DNA from: an uncultured Hormoscilla sp.
Lineage (GTDB): Bacteria; Cyanobacteriota; Cyanobacteriia; Cyanobacteriales; Desertifilaceae
NCBI GenBank assembly: GCA_963921275.4
Contig: OZ001293.3
Span: 1,024,001 to 1,088,000 of the forward strand
DNA length: 64,000 nucleotides
Reading direction: 5' to 3'
Part shown: in pieces, positions 1-13,212 of the stretch
How the letters are laid out: each line of letters starts with the position of its first letter
How positions within the stretch are numbered: position 1 is the stretch's first letter
Made by a program: the position numbers and the translations under genes
Notes under the pieces: generated by a model
Database searches by the model: none
What the model saw: the letters and a program-made list of their open reading frames with translations, nothing else
Told to the model about the DNA's origin: nothing

Positions 1-1165
1 TCTTTTGCCTCTAGGAGACAATCGATCAAAAGTAAGGTAGGATTTGCCGACTTTTCATATCTCTCGTAAATATCGCGTAGCTGTTCCTTGAGGCGGTGCA
101 TTTTACCTAGCTCGGGGATCTGACGAGTGAATTTATTTAATCTTAATTTCCTGTTCGTCGTTGAAATATTTCTCATTTTTAAGCAATATATATTTACTTT
201 GGTTTACCATCGATATTTTGGCCTTGGGACTTGGATTTTTTTGCTTCATTTTTACACTTCTTTCGACAATTGTCTAGTTCTTCATTCACCTGTTTAAACA
301 CATGAAAACGAGGGGCTATAACTTCAGCATTCGGCATCAACTCTTTTACTAAACTTTTATAGGGTTTCCACAGGTCGCTTGCTCACTTCTTCTAGACCAT
401 TTAAAACCTCATCACCCCATAATAGCAAGACTTCTCGTAAATCTTCTTGTCGCCGAGACGGGACTATTTCCATAAGTTTGCTATTAGAAATGTCACTGCA
501 TACTGCTACATAATTTCCTTGCCCTTTTACCAGCGCAATTTCATCGATACCTAGCTTTCTTAGTTCAGTTGACGGCGGTTCAATTTTCAGATTTCCTACA
601 TCTGACAGCATTTGTCGCGTTCAGATTCTTTTAAGTCATACCTTGTCGCTACCCAAACGAATATCCCTATTTAATACTTCTCGAACCACTTGTTCTTTCA
701 GTCTATTTGTATATTGGCGCCGCTCTGCTACATATTCTAATTTTTCACCCTTCGGGCTTTGAGCAGCAATCGCACTTGTCGGCGATTTATTTTGAGAAAA
801 ACTTTTTTTTCATTCCAGGGCAAATCCTTAATTAAATAAGTATGATTTTGATGCAATCGCCGAGGATGACATATAGGACAAATTGCTTCTTGTTTTTCGG
901 CCTCAATCGTCATAATTTATTCTGTTAAATGAGGCCGATAACTTTCACCCCGGGAATGTTTAACAAGGTTGTTAGTATTTTATTATTCGAGCGTGCCATA
1001 AAATAAATTCCCCCTGTTTTTTCTAGAGAGCGCCAATATTTTCTACCATAACTAGACGATTAAAGTCAAACCTGATAAGGTTTTCCGGTTTTCGATCCCG
1101 GACGTTGAGCCGACGTTGATGCACCCATTCAATACCTATTTTAGCATACTAGATTGAGAAGAGCC
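1..1165 (-). mobile_element. ISL3-family IS, transposase broken into fragments; runs off the window start
   Basis: Fragment LGIDEIALVKGQGNY is an ISL3 motif; element end reads GGCTCTTC on the minus strand at 1165; many stops and frameshifts. Confidence 0.85.
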
Positions 1166-1407
1166 GGAATTATTTACGAGACCACGATGGTCTTGCTATC
1201 CCAACTCGGAACACTCATGAATACGTCATCAATCAATTTCTGAATAGTCCCGATCTCGATCGTCAAGAGATAGGAAGCAGCTGGAAGCGTCTGAGGATTG
1301 GTCGCAATCAAGCGGATTATGATGATGCATTTGCTGATTTACCGATTGTAACTAAGAGGTACTTAAAGCTAGGATCCAAAATAATTGCTAAGTTGCAGAG
1401 TATTTGA
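1166..1407 (+). pseudogene. HEPN-domain protein, C-terminal remnant cut by ISL3
   Basis: Manual translation (one frameshift) RNYLRDHDG...THEYVINQF...RLRIGRNQADYDD; RNxADY is HEPN-like. Confidence 0.55.
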
Positions 1408-1429
1408 GCAGGTAGAGCAATGCTAATGC

Positions 1430-1675
1430 TCATCGCCAATCATTTACTTCTAGACTTTTCACGTCTTCTATGAGTTCAACGATGTCGTAGTGGAGAGTAA
1501 TTTTACGGCTAGCGAGTAACCTTTGAAATTGAAGTTGATTCATGCGGGCAAACCGACTCGCTTGTCCTAGGGTAAACCGCTCTTGTTGAAATAGCATGAC
1601 GGCAATTTCGGTCAGTAATTGGGCTTCAGACAGCTGAATTTTATGTAATACTTCATCGTCAATGACAACGCTCAT
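1430..1675 (-). CDS. UPF0175-family protein (predicted antitoxin)
   Basis: 81 aa; EIAVMLFQQERFTLGQASRFARM motif. Confidence 0.8.
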   Translation of the reverse strand: MSVVIDDEVLHKIQLSEAQLLTEIAVMLFQQERFTLGQASRFARMNQLQFQRLLASRKITLHYDIVELIEDVKSLEVNDWR

Positions 1676-1780
1676 GGTTTTCTTCTCTCATCTAGGACTG
1701 TTGTGAAAATTGTGAATGGTTAATTGAAAATTATTTGCGATTGGCTTCACAATTGACAATTAACCATTTACCATTAGCAA

Positions 1781-2740
1781 TTAACCACCTAGGATTTTCT
1801 CCAGGACGGTTTCCGGTGAGATGTCTGCCATCTTGCCCGTGGGGGATTTGATGCCTATATATTTCTCAGAGTTGGGTAACAGTTTTTCTGGGTCCGTCGG
1901 ACCAAAGAGGGCAATGGTGGGAGTTTTGACCCCTACCGCTAGATGCATGGGGGCACTGTCGGTACAGAGCATGAGGTCGGCACTGGCAATTATTGCCGCT
2001 AGTTTACCCACATCTCCTGGTGAGGTAACTTTCAAATTGGGCACTGACTGCAACAGAGAACTTACCCATTCGGCATCTTCTGGTCCTTGGAGTACCACTA
2101 TGGGTAAGTCTGGTTGCTGCTGTTGCAGGTTCTGAATAATCTGTTGCCAGTTCTTTACGGGGTAGATTTTGTCAATGCCTTTAGCTTGCGCTAGTTCGCT
2201 GGAACCGCCGTGGATCAGTAGGTAGCCGCTTTCGGCAATCTCTAGTCTCCTCTGCTGAGCTTCTGCCCATTCTAGATCTTTTTGGGGCAGGCTAATGGTT
2301 AGTTCTTGACAGGGCTGATTTATACTTAGACCTTGCAGCAGGTCGTGGTACATACTAGCTGCATACTGCTCGGTCTTCAGGGGGACTGGGTTGGTGAGAA
2401 ACAGGGAACCGGGACCGCTATAGCCAACCCGGGTGGGAATGCCGGTCAGCCAGAGCAGTAGTCCTACGGCCCAGCGCTGTCCTAGGGATAGGGCCACTTC
2501 ATACTCCTGATCGCGGATTACACCCAGCAAGTTGCCCCAGTCGGCGGCAGAGTTGCGGTCTTTGAAGTCAAAGGGGATGACTTCGTTGACTGACTTGCAG
2601 ACTCGATAGGCTCCTTTGGCGCGGGGTTCGACAATCACGTCGATCATTGCGCTTGGGTAAGACTGTTTGAGATCCTCCAGGGTGGGGAAGAATAGAATTT
2701 GGTCGCCAATTCCGCCAGGGACAAGAGCTACTACTCTCAT
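1781..2740 (-). CDS. Glycosyltransferase family 9 (heptosyltransferase-like)
   Basis: GGIGDQILFFP and CTDSAPMHLAV...IALFGPT motifs. Confidence 0.92.
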   Translation of the reverse strand: MRVVALVPGGIGDQILFFPTLEDLKQSYPSAMIDVIVEPRAKGAYRVCKSVNEVIPFDFKDRNSAADWGNLLGVIRDQEYEVALSLGQRWAVGLLLWLTGIPTRVGYSGPGSLFLTNPVPLKTEQYAASMYHDLLQGLSINQPCQELTISLPQKDLEWAEAQQRRLEIAESGYLLIHGGSSELAQAKGIDKIYPVKNWQQIIQNLQQQQPDLPIVVLQGPEDAEWVSSLLQSVPNLKVTSPGDVGKLAAIIASADLMLCTDSAPMHLAVGVKTPTIALFGPTDPEKLLPNSEKYIGIKSPTGKMADISPETVLEKILGG

Positions 2741-2810
2741 GATGTTCTCCCTAATTTACCAACCATTCATTTTACTGCCTAATTCCCATAAGTTAATGGA
2801 AGGTGATGTG

Positions 2811-3080
2811 GTTAAACTAAGCCAGGAGGTCACCTTCCCGACTCGTCTTCAAAACCGGACGTGAGACTTTAGAAGGTAAGGTTTGAGAGTCACCTCTCTC
2901 CCCTTCCCGCTACTTAAGACCTTACATTTGATACTACCGTGAGGGCGTCAGCTTATCCTACTCATTACAAGTAGGCGTTTGCTTCTCCTCTCAATCCTTT
3001 CCAATCACGACCTGCCTTCTGAGCAGAGGTTGCGTCTGCGGTGACTACTCTGTCTATCGACCTGGACAGAGAGTAGGGGC
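2811..3080 (-). mobile_element. Group II intron 3' remnant (end of DI to DVI, no ORF, 5' arm of DV lost)
   Basis: Minus strand GGATAAGCTGACGCCCTCACGG and AAAGTCTCACGTCCGGTTTTGAAGACGAGTCGG...GGCTTAGTTTAAC match 34345-34365 and 37010-37068. Confidence 0.85.
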
Positions 3081-3476
3081 TTAAGGTTCCCACGTTACCT
3101 TCACCTGATATTGTTGACATTGTTGCTGGATGAAATAGAGTTGAGATTGTGAAGATTCACCGATTAAATGGATTCTTGCCTGGCGATTAGAGAACGAACT
3201 TCTGTAAATCAACAATTGACCGAGAGCTGATTTCCACTGTGAAACCCGCTTGACCTCGATAACTTCCATCCGCGTTAAGACATCAATACGACCACCAGGA
3301 ACGGTAACTTCGGTCTCGCCACCGAGCTTATTAGCCAGGCGATCGCGATACCAACTCTCCGTTCCTTTCTTCAGTGGGCGAGGCGGAGGTGGGGGAGGTT
3401 TGGAACCGTTGATTAAAATCCGAATCCATTTTCTCACCGCTTTCTGAAATTCGTTAGGCTTCTGTTGCTTGGGCAT
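3081..3476 (-). CDS. Hypothetical protein with PD-(D/E)XK-like nuclease motif
   Basis: GRIDVLT...IEVKRVSQWKSALGQL; likely ATG start at 3476, directly after the upstream gene. Confidence 0.6.
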   Translation of the reverse strand: MPKQQKPNEFQKAVRKWIRILINGSKPPPPPPRPLKKGTESWYRDRLANKLGGETEVTVPGGRIDVLTRMEVIEVKRVSQWKSALGQLLIYRSSFSNRQARIHLIGESSQSQLYFIQQQCQQYQVKVTWEP

Positions 3477-3480
3477 CAGC

Positions 3481-3927
3481 TTAACGTTTTTTAAACAGTT
3501 TGTAAACGCCGTAGCCCGCCAAACCAACAACAGCTCCCGCCGCCGCCACCGGAGCCATCGTTACCGCAACCCCTGTTCCGCCAACAAGCAAGCCCATCCC
3601 GCCAATGAGAGCCGACGCGCCCGCACCGACAGCCGCACCGCCCGCAGCCGCACCAACCGCCGTGGCATCTCCTTCCTCGATCGCTTTTTTCACGCCGTAA
3701 CCAGCCGTCCCGACAACAGCTCCCGCCGCCGCCACCGGAGCCATGCCGATCCCGACAGCCGTCCCAGCCGCCGCTAATCCCATCCCGCCAACCGCTGCGG
3801 AAACTCCCGCACCAGCCGCAGCACCTACCCCGACGCCGGTAGCAGCAGAAATCATCTCTTTGGTCTTGTTGTTCTTGGAGTCCGTTTCAATCATGTCTTT
3901 GGTCTTGTTGTTCTTGGAGTCAGTCAT
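3481..3927 (-). CDS. Glycine-zipper-like membrane protein with internal duplications
   Basis: Gly/Ala-rich hydrophobic module present twice; DSKNNKTK twice. Confidence 0.65.
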   Translation of the reverse strand: MTDSKNNKTKDMIETDSKNNKTKEMISAATGVGVGAAAGAGVSAAVGGMGLAAAGTAVGIGMAPVAAAGAVVGTAGYGVKKAIEEGDATAVGAAAGGAAVGAGASALIGGMGLLVGGTGVAVTMAPVAAAGAVVGLAGYGVYKLFKKR

Positions 3928-4032
3928 CGCTCATGTCCTCGTCACATCTTCTTGAGTATACCACGTTTTCCGATCGCACGATTAGGGTTAATCATTGTTG
4001 CTGTTCTCAAGGACACCAATCAGCGCTTAACC

Positions 4033-6789
<2,757 letters not shown>

Positions 6790-6802
6790 TCACAAGATCG
6801 CT

Positions 6803-7050
6803 TCAGGGCCCTGGCTTTCCTTTCGGGTTGACCCAGCGCAACCGGTAGTAGGCAATTTTGCCCGCATCTTCGCTATCAAATTTCGATATATAGGGAGTGC
6901 GGGTATTGAGGCCGAAAAATCTCAACTCATCTGTATTCGTCGGCGGTGCGTCCCCGATCTTCACCCAAATTTCTGCCCCCATGACACCAGCAGGTTTAGC
7001 CCGACAGTTAGGAGTGGTTTCGTCGAAGAAACGCAGCGTGTGACTCAAGG
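6803..7050 (-). pseudogene. Fragment of a hypothetical protein
   Basis: Protein-like 81 aa with no real start; abuts the intron remnant. Confidence 0.45.
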
Positions 7051-7547
7051 GTTGGGTTACTTCGTTCCTATAGATGATTTTTCGTAGCTTTAGGTGGGTA
7101 TTCTACACCGGGTTTATTGTCAGTACATACTGGTCAATGACAGAGTTGCCAGCGACTAATCCGTGTCCATTTTTTGGACGTTGCGTATCAGCCCTATTTC
7201 GCAACTTGCTTATGACGACGCTTAGATACCTTCACTTGCGTTCACCATGGCTCCTTGCTCAACGTATACCAGTGGTCGGATTTCATCCTGGGCTTCTGGC
7301 AGAGTGCCTTTCATTCCCGCTTTACGGATTGATGCCATCGCTACCGTAGGGAAAGTGCTGTCACCCCATGCACCAGGGAGGCGGACTTCCTTAGAAACCT
7401 AATGGTTCACCTGCTGTCTTTGCCTGTTGGCTCGGCAAGCGTCACCGCCATCATCTATAAGTTGTCATCGCTTCCAAGGAAAGGAACCCGGTGCTAGTCA
7501 TCCCAATTACCTGTGAACCGGTGAAGTTTCGACTAAACGAATCGCAC
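7051..7547 (-). mobile_element. Group II intron 5' remnant (domain I)
   Basis: Minus strand GTGCGATTCGTTTAG...CGGTAGCGATGGCATCAATCCG...GGAACGAAGTAACC, homologous to the introns at 17227 and 32960. Confidence 0.88.
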
Positions 7548-8190
7548 CTATCTTTAAGCCTCACAAGGTTAACAACCTTGAGCAACTACAACATCAGCAT
7601 TAGAAATGGTAATTACACCATCACTGCTATGGCTATGCTAAAGGCGATAGCCTGCAATGCCCTCAACATATTGAGAGCGCGTATACGTATTGCGTTGCGA
7701 CGCACACGCGCGTGTGTTATGTACTTTTACCTCCTTTTTTCCTCGTTACAAGGATCCGCCTTGTAATGCCTTGCACATGCGTACTGTGGGCGTGTCGTGC
7801 CAAGTAGATGCAATACCTACCAGGGTCAAGGTGCAGGCATAATTAGCCCGATGTCTTCCTTGACTCTTTTTTACTCTAACTTACTATGTTAGCTAAAGTC
7901 AAGCTTGTTAACAATACCTGAGGGGCAACATGCCTGCTGAAATCCATACCGGCTATGTATTTCAGCCCATAAGTTCCCAAAACATGCTGTTTTGGGCAGA
8001 CAGACGACGTAGCTATAAGGGTTTGAGCTTCATGAAAATGAAAGGAGGGTCAATTTGCGAATGTATCTTGTCTGAGATCATTGGTCTCAAAGCCTTATCT
8101 AGTAAGCTTTTGAGGGCTCATGTGCTCCTATCAGTAACAATATTTAATATTTTAGCTATAAGCGTCTATGTTCTAACAGGAGACACTACC

Positions 8191-8883
8191 GTGCATTTAT
8201 TGATACCAGCTGCTGGGATGGGCAGGCGCATGGGGAGTAGTCGCAATAAGCTACTCCTGAGTTTGTTGGGCGAACCTTTGATCGCTTGGACTCTGCGTTC
8301 CGCCCAGTCCTCTGGCCTGATTAGCTGGATTGGGATTATCGGACAACCTGCTGACTGGGATGATTTTCAGCAGATTGTCGCTGGTTTATCGCTGAGTAAG
8401 CCTGTAAAGCTGATTACAGGCGGGGCGACCCGCCAGGAGTCGGTTTATAATGGTTTGCAGGCTTTACCTGACTATGCGCTGCGGGTGTTAATTCATGATG
8501 GGGCCCGGTGTCTGGCTACCCCAACATTATTCGATCGCTGTGCTCAGGCCCTACTGGAATGTTCGGGTTTGATTGCGGCGGTGCCAGTGAAGGACACGAT
8601 TAAGGTAGTGGATGAGACTGGAGTGATTCAGAATACACCTGACCGCAAGCAGTTGTGGGCCGCCCAAACACCCCAGGGATTTGAGGTGCCTCTCTTGCGG
8701 CAATGTCACCAAAAGGGGCAGGATCTGGGTTGGCATGTTACTGATGATGCTGCTTTGTTTGAAAGGTGTGGGTTGCCTGTTCGGGTTGTCCAGGGGGAGG
8801 AGACGAATCTGAAGGTGACGACACCGGTAGATCTGGCGATCGCCGAATTCATTCTCCGCCAACGGGATAAGCAATTTGTTTGA
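8191..8883 (+). CDS. ispD: 2-C-methyl-D-erythritol 4-phosphate cytidylyltransferase
   Basis: LIPAAGMGRRM, HDGAR, AQTPQGF, TDDA; GTG start at 8191 behind AGGAG (the upstream ORF extension is spurious). Confidence 0.95.
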   Translation: MHLLIPAAGMGRRMGSSRNKLLLSLLGEPLIAWTLRSAQSSGLISWIGIIGQPADWDDFQQIVAGLSLSKPVKLITGGATRQESVYNGLQALPDYALRVLIHDGARCLATPTLFDRCAQALLECSGLIAAVPVKDTIKVVDETGVIQNTPDRKQLWAAQTPQGFEVPLLRQCHQKGQDLGWHVTDDAALFERCGLPVRVVQGEETNLKVTTPVDLAIAEFILRQRDKQFV

Positions 8884-9007
8884 TATCTTAATATCAGCTG
8901 AGGGTATTAGCCGCTCCTGTCACTTTACACATATAATTGAATATATTTTCATATGTGTAAAAATCAGAACTCTCGGTCGGTAAGGGCACTTCCAGAGCTA
9001 CCACTTC

Positions 9008-9143
9008 TGTGTCCCTCGGGGCGAGGTGTATCCTGGGGCGAGGTATGTCTCGGGAGCGCTAATCGCACAAAAGGGGACATACAGAGCGCTAATTGCACAT
9101 GCATGGGAGACACTTCGCGCTAGTCGCACTACCCAGGATACAC
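9008..9143. repeat. Nested cluster of diverged hairpin elements related to the 45-bp family
   Basis: Three left arms, then three GCGCTA(A/G)TYGCAC loops with right arms; GTGTATCCTGGG/CCCAGGATACAC perfect IR. Confidence 0.6.
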
Positions 9144-9297
9144 GGCCCTCACCCGTTCCCAGGCGGGAGCCTCTTAACGAGGGGTGGAGCTAGACAAACC
9201 TTCGCCCGCCTGCGCGGGCTAGATTATCTTCTTGAGATGCTCCCAACAGAAGGGGCGATCGCCAACTCTTGACTGTCGGTCTATTAAGAAAACTTGG

Positions 9298-9356
9298 AAG
9301 CACTAAAGTGCTTACTACGAACTCCCAAGGCAAGCACTAAAGTGCTTACTACGAAC
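9298..9356. repeat. Two direct copies of AAGCACTAAAGTGCTTACTACGAAC (small dispersed repeat)
   Basis: Exact 25-nt duplication; related inverted copy near 6740-6762. Confidence 0.75.
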
Positions 9357-9360
9357 GAGA

Positions 9361-9870
9361 TCAGCGCAGTTCCTGCAATAGGGCTTCTGCTTGTTGGACG
9401 CCATCAGTGTCTCCCTGACGGCGGTAGAGTTCCAGGGCTTGGAATAAAGCAGTGATCGCCTCGGGAATGCGATCGCTCATTAACAGGGCTTGAGCAAGGT
9501 TATAATGGGCATCAGCATTTTGGGGAGATAACTCGATCGCCTGCCGATAAGCGACGCTCGCCAGAAGGTAATCGGACTGCTGCATATAAAGAGCGCCCAT
9601 TGCGGCATGTGCTTCGACTAGACTGGGTTGGAGTCCGGCAGCCTGCTGATAAGCGGCTATTGCTGAGGGGATGTTGTTGTATTTCTCGTGAATTCTACCA
9701 ACCTGAAGGTGAACTTCGGCATTAGCTGGAGCGATCCTGACTGCTTGTTGCAGGGCCTCACGCCCGGCATCGATGTTACCTAAATGCAGCCACGCGGTAG
9801 TTAATTTCAACTGCACGCTAGTTGCTCTTGGGTTCAGTTTAGCTGCCTGCTGGAGCTGTTCTATCCCTTC
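9361..9870 (-). pseudogene. TPR-repeat protein, 5' truncated
   Basis: Tandem TPR motifs such as YRQAIELSPQNADAHYNLA; no intact start. Confidence 0.75.
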
Positions 9871-10140
9871 CCTGTGTTGTCCCAGTTGCAGCAGCGTTAT
9901 CCCGATCGACTCGTAAGAAATGAGGATTTAATAATTTGTCAAAATTACGTAGCGTATAGGTAGGGAACGGGGAACGGAGGGGGCTCCAGGGGCGATCGCG
10001 GTAAGGTTGATCCTGTTGCATTTTAATACTGTCAGATCCTTCCGATTTGGCGGGGGGCGATCTGGACCCTCAGGGGATCTAGCAGAGCCTTTTTTCCGTG
10101 ATGCCTGATTTTTAGTGCTCCCTCAACGCTCTCTAGCGCC

Positions 10141-10787
10141 CTACATCGGTTGTGGCTTGGCTGTATAGTTCCATTGTGGGAGAATATTGTCAAAGACAAT
10201 TTGCATATTTTCCTTAAAACTTGAGCCAACTTTCACTCCTGTTTGATAAAGCTTATCAATTACGGTTGTAAATACCTTTAATCCTGTCTTTGTTGTCCTT
10301 GTGGCTATCAAATTTTTGACCGTTTCCACCTTGTCGAATATTACCCCCTCACATGTCCGACATGGGGAAACAACCGATGTTCAATGGGATTATACTTAGA
10401 GGTATAGGGGGGATAATGAGCCATCCGAATTTCTATGCCTAGCTTGTTGCTAAGCTTTTGCAGATTTTCCTTAAACAGGTAAGAGCGGGAGCTGTTACTA
10501 CCACCGCCATCACATAACAATAAAATTGAGCTTGCCAATGGATACAGTATAGAGCCGTAAGTGAGCCACCAATAGCTAATTGAGTCACTTCACAAGTGTC
10601 ATGAGATGTCCCAATCTGTATCAAGCCCTCCTTGTAGTTGAGATCGTATAAACCATGGGGAATTATCTTGCCTTGAGCCAGAGATGGCCAGTCATGGTCG
10701 TAAACATTGATTCTCTCTTGGGTTAAGCAGAGCCCATCACGATATAGTTGAGCTATAAACTCTTTTTTTTTGTGTCCATACTTATGG
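10141..10787 (-). pseudogene. ISAzo13-family transposase, C-terminal fragments
   Basis: SMDTKKKE, DGGGSN, HYPPYTSKYNPIEHRLF, LPQWNY. Confidence 0.88.
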
Positions 10788-11049
10788 AAGGGGGTAATTG
10801 CGAATGAAAACGTGTTAATTGCGAATCATATGCCAAGCCAATTTAATATTTATAATTCATTTTTATGAGGATAATTTATGGTTGATGATTGATGATTGTA
10901 AATATGAGATGCACCCACTTTACGGGGAGCAATCATGTACTATAGAAGCAGATCAAAAAAAAGAGAACTTGTTGTGCTCTGCCTATAAAAAAACTTATGA
11001 ACACCATCAACCGCGACAATGGAAGCGAATTTGCCAGTGTCAGAGCAAT

Positions 11050-13212
11050 GGGTGCATCTCACTTTTGCATCTGTGACCTATCATAGACTTTTATCTATGA
11101 TAAAATTTATTGGCTTTTGCCAAGGATGCATCTTACTTTTGCAAAAACATCATGTAGAAAGGGCCCCATTTATATAAGCACAACGTCAAGAAAGTATTTG
11201 GGGAAGGTTGGATATATTCCATTGAGCCCCTGAAATTTTTATCCGTGTTCCAATACGTTTAATCACTGATTCTATTGAACCAGAACCGATAGAACTCACT
11301 GATTCTAACTGATAATACTGATAATCAATTATTCGAGAACGATGTTTTTCCAAATAATTACATAAATTCTGAGTTTCTTTTTGATCCGATTGAATAATAG
11401 TATTGTTTCATCAACTTTTCCCGACCAGAGGAGATTTTTAGCTTTTTTTATCCTCGTAGCCTCCTACTTTATGAAGATTTTCCTTGAGATGATACCAATC
11501 TAATATTTCTCTTCTCTTGCCTGGTTCGCCTATCTGTTTAAATAATTTCCAAATTCCTGCATGTCCATCTCCTAGACAATAAAATGGAGCCAAAAGTTTT
11601 TGACAATTTACCCAATCAAGTTTGCTCTTCTTGAAAAAATGCTCCGCAATATATCCCACTGACTGCTTTATAATCTTTCCATTCACAAGCTTGTCCTTTT
11701 TCTTTTGTTCTAATCCTTGCTTTTCCTCCGTGCGACTTCTTTCACTTCCAATACTGATGTTGGCAACTCAAAATCCTGCCTTTGAACTAATCTATGTAAT
11801 GTACTATGACTAATTTTTATTCCCGTGAGCTCTGCAGCTTTTTGATAAGATTCATTCGCACAAATTAACATAGCATTTTTCTCCATTTTGGGACTGGATT
11901 TCACATGAGACTTCAAAATAATTAGCTTGTCGATTGGTGATTGATATCTTTCCCACAATGTCAATTGACGTTTTTTTCCTGTTTTTATCCCCGTATTCAA
12001 TAATTTGTGAGTTCTGGATCCACTCTTTCGATCAGAAAATCGTTCAATTTCTAAATCTTCAAAATTTTCCAAGTTTGGAAAATTTTAACCAGTAGAGCCA
12101 AATTTTTTAAGTTTTTGTCTATACATTCGTCAATTTTAAATTCCTCCATATCAAAAAGTTGTTCTGGGTTCATAGCAGCAAGAAAATAACTTCAATTTTA
12201 ATCTATCATAGATAATGTATAAATATCCAAAAGACTGCAAGTTTTTATTATATAAATATCGAAGCTGGGGTCGAGCCTATTGTCACCTCCCAACCCTCCC
12301 TTTCGGAACCGTGCATGCGACTTTCACCGCACACGGCTACTGGGTAGATAGCCCTTGTCCTAAGTAGAATTACTCAGGATTACTCCCTTTGTTCCTTTCT
12401 TCATGCAATTTCACCCCTTATGGTTAGTCTCAGACTACATATATGCCCAACTCCGGAAGGTTCGCGGGGGATAACAGTACCAACCCATATTATCCGCTCT
12501 TTACTAACGTTTACCTAATTTATTAGGTTCTCCAAGTTTTACCCGGTCAGGTCTTTAGTCCAACATTCATTACCTGGGATTTCTCCTGGTCTATAACATT
12601 AAGGTTACTTTCACCCAAAGATTCTATCTATCACCGACCCACGTCAGCATATCCATAGGTGTTACCCCAGGCGTTCGCTTCTTGGGCCATCTCTCTTCTC
12701 ATGGCTTGCGCTTTACATCTAACTTGTCCAAATGAGGACAGCTCATGAGAAGTTACTTCGTTCCCTGGTCTCATTTCACGATATCCTTAGACCCTCACTT
12801 TACCCCGGTAGTTCTTCGAGCACGATATTGGTCAAAGTCCATAACCAATACTAACTACTTTTCCCTTTTGGACCAGCGCATAAAGCCTTATTTCGCTGGT
12901 TCTACATTACGAGGCTTACACGAGTTTGCTTGTTCTGATCTTAGACATCTTTCCTAGCGGCGTCACTGATTTAGGCTATCAGCTATCCTACATTTAAGTC
13001 CTCGCTTAGCACCGCGACGATGTGGCTCCGCAGCACCTCACGCGGTTACCCCCATGCCTAGGGAGAGGAAATTTAACCCCCATGAGTACCAGAGTTCCTA
13101 GTTTCCTAGGCTAGCGTTCCGTATTTGACCACGTTAGGCTAGAACTCATCGCACAGACTCATCATAGATAAATATCTATGATGAGTCACAGATGCAAAAG
13201 TGAGATGCACCC
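11050..13212 (-). mobile_element. ISKra4-like IS (guest element) with 8-bp target duplication; degraded transposase ~11190-12130; carries a group II intron
   Basis: IRs GGGTGCATCTCACTTTTGCATCTGTGAC; AGAGCAAT at 11042-11049 and 13213-13220; LGDGHAGIW, LDWYHLKENL, IGSGSIES motifs. Confidence 0.88.
12263..13154 (-). mobile_element. ORF-less group II intron, diverged copy B
   Basis: 5' GTGCG; DV AGCCGTGTGCGGTGAAAGTCGCATGCACGGTT; collinear with copy A; 3' boundary set by analogy. Confidence 0.9.

Noticed and set aside
7677..7716. Alternating purine-pyrimidine tract (Z-DNA-like)
   Set aside because: Short and interrupted, with no supporting context
7930..8190. N-terminal extension of IspD
   Set aside because: Not protein-like; the RBS and family start point to GTG at 8191
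9008..9356. Possible CRISPR array
   Set aside because: Repeats are irregular or nested, with no constant repeat-spacer period and no cas genes
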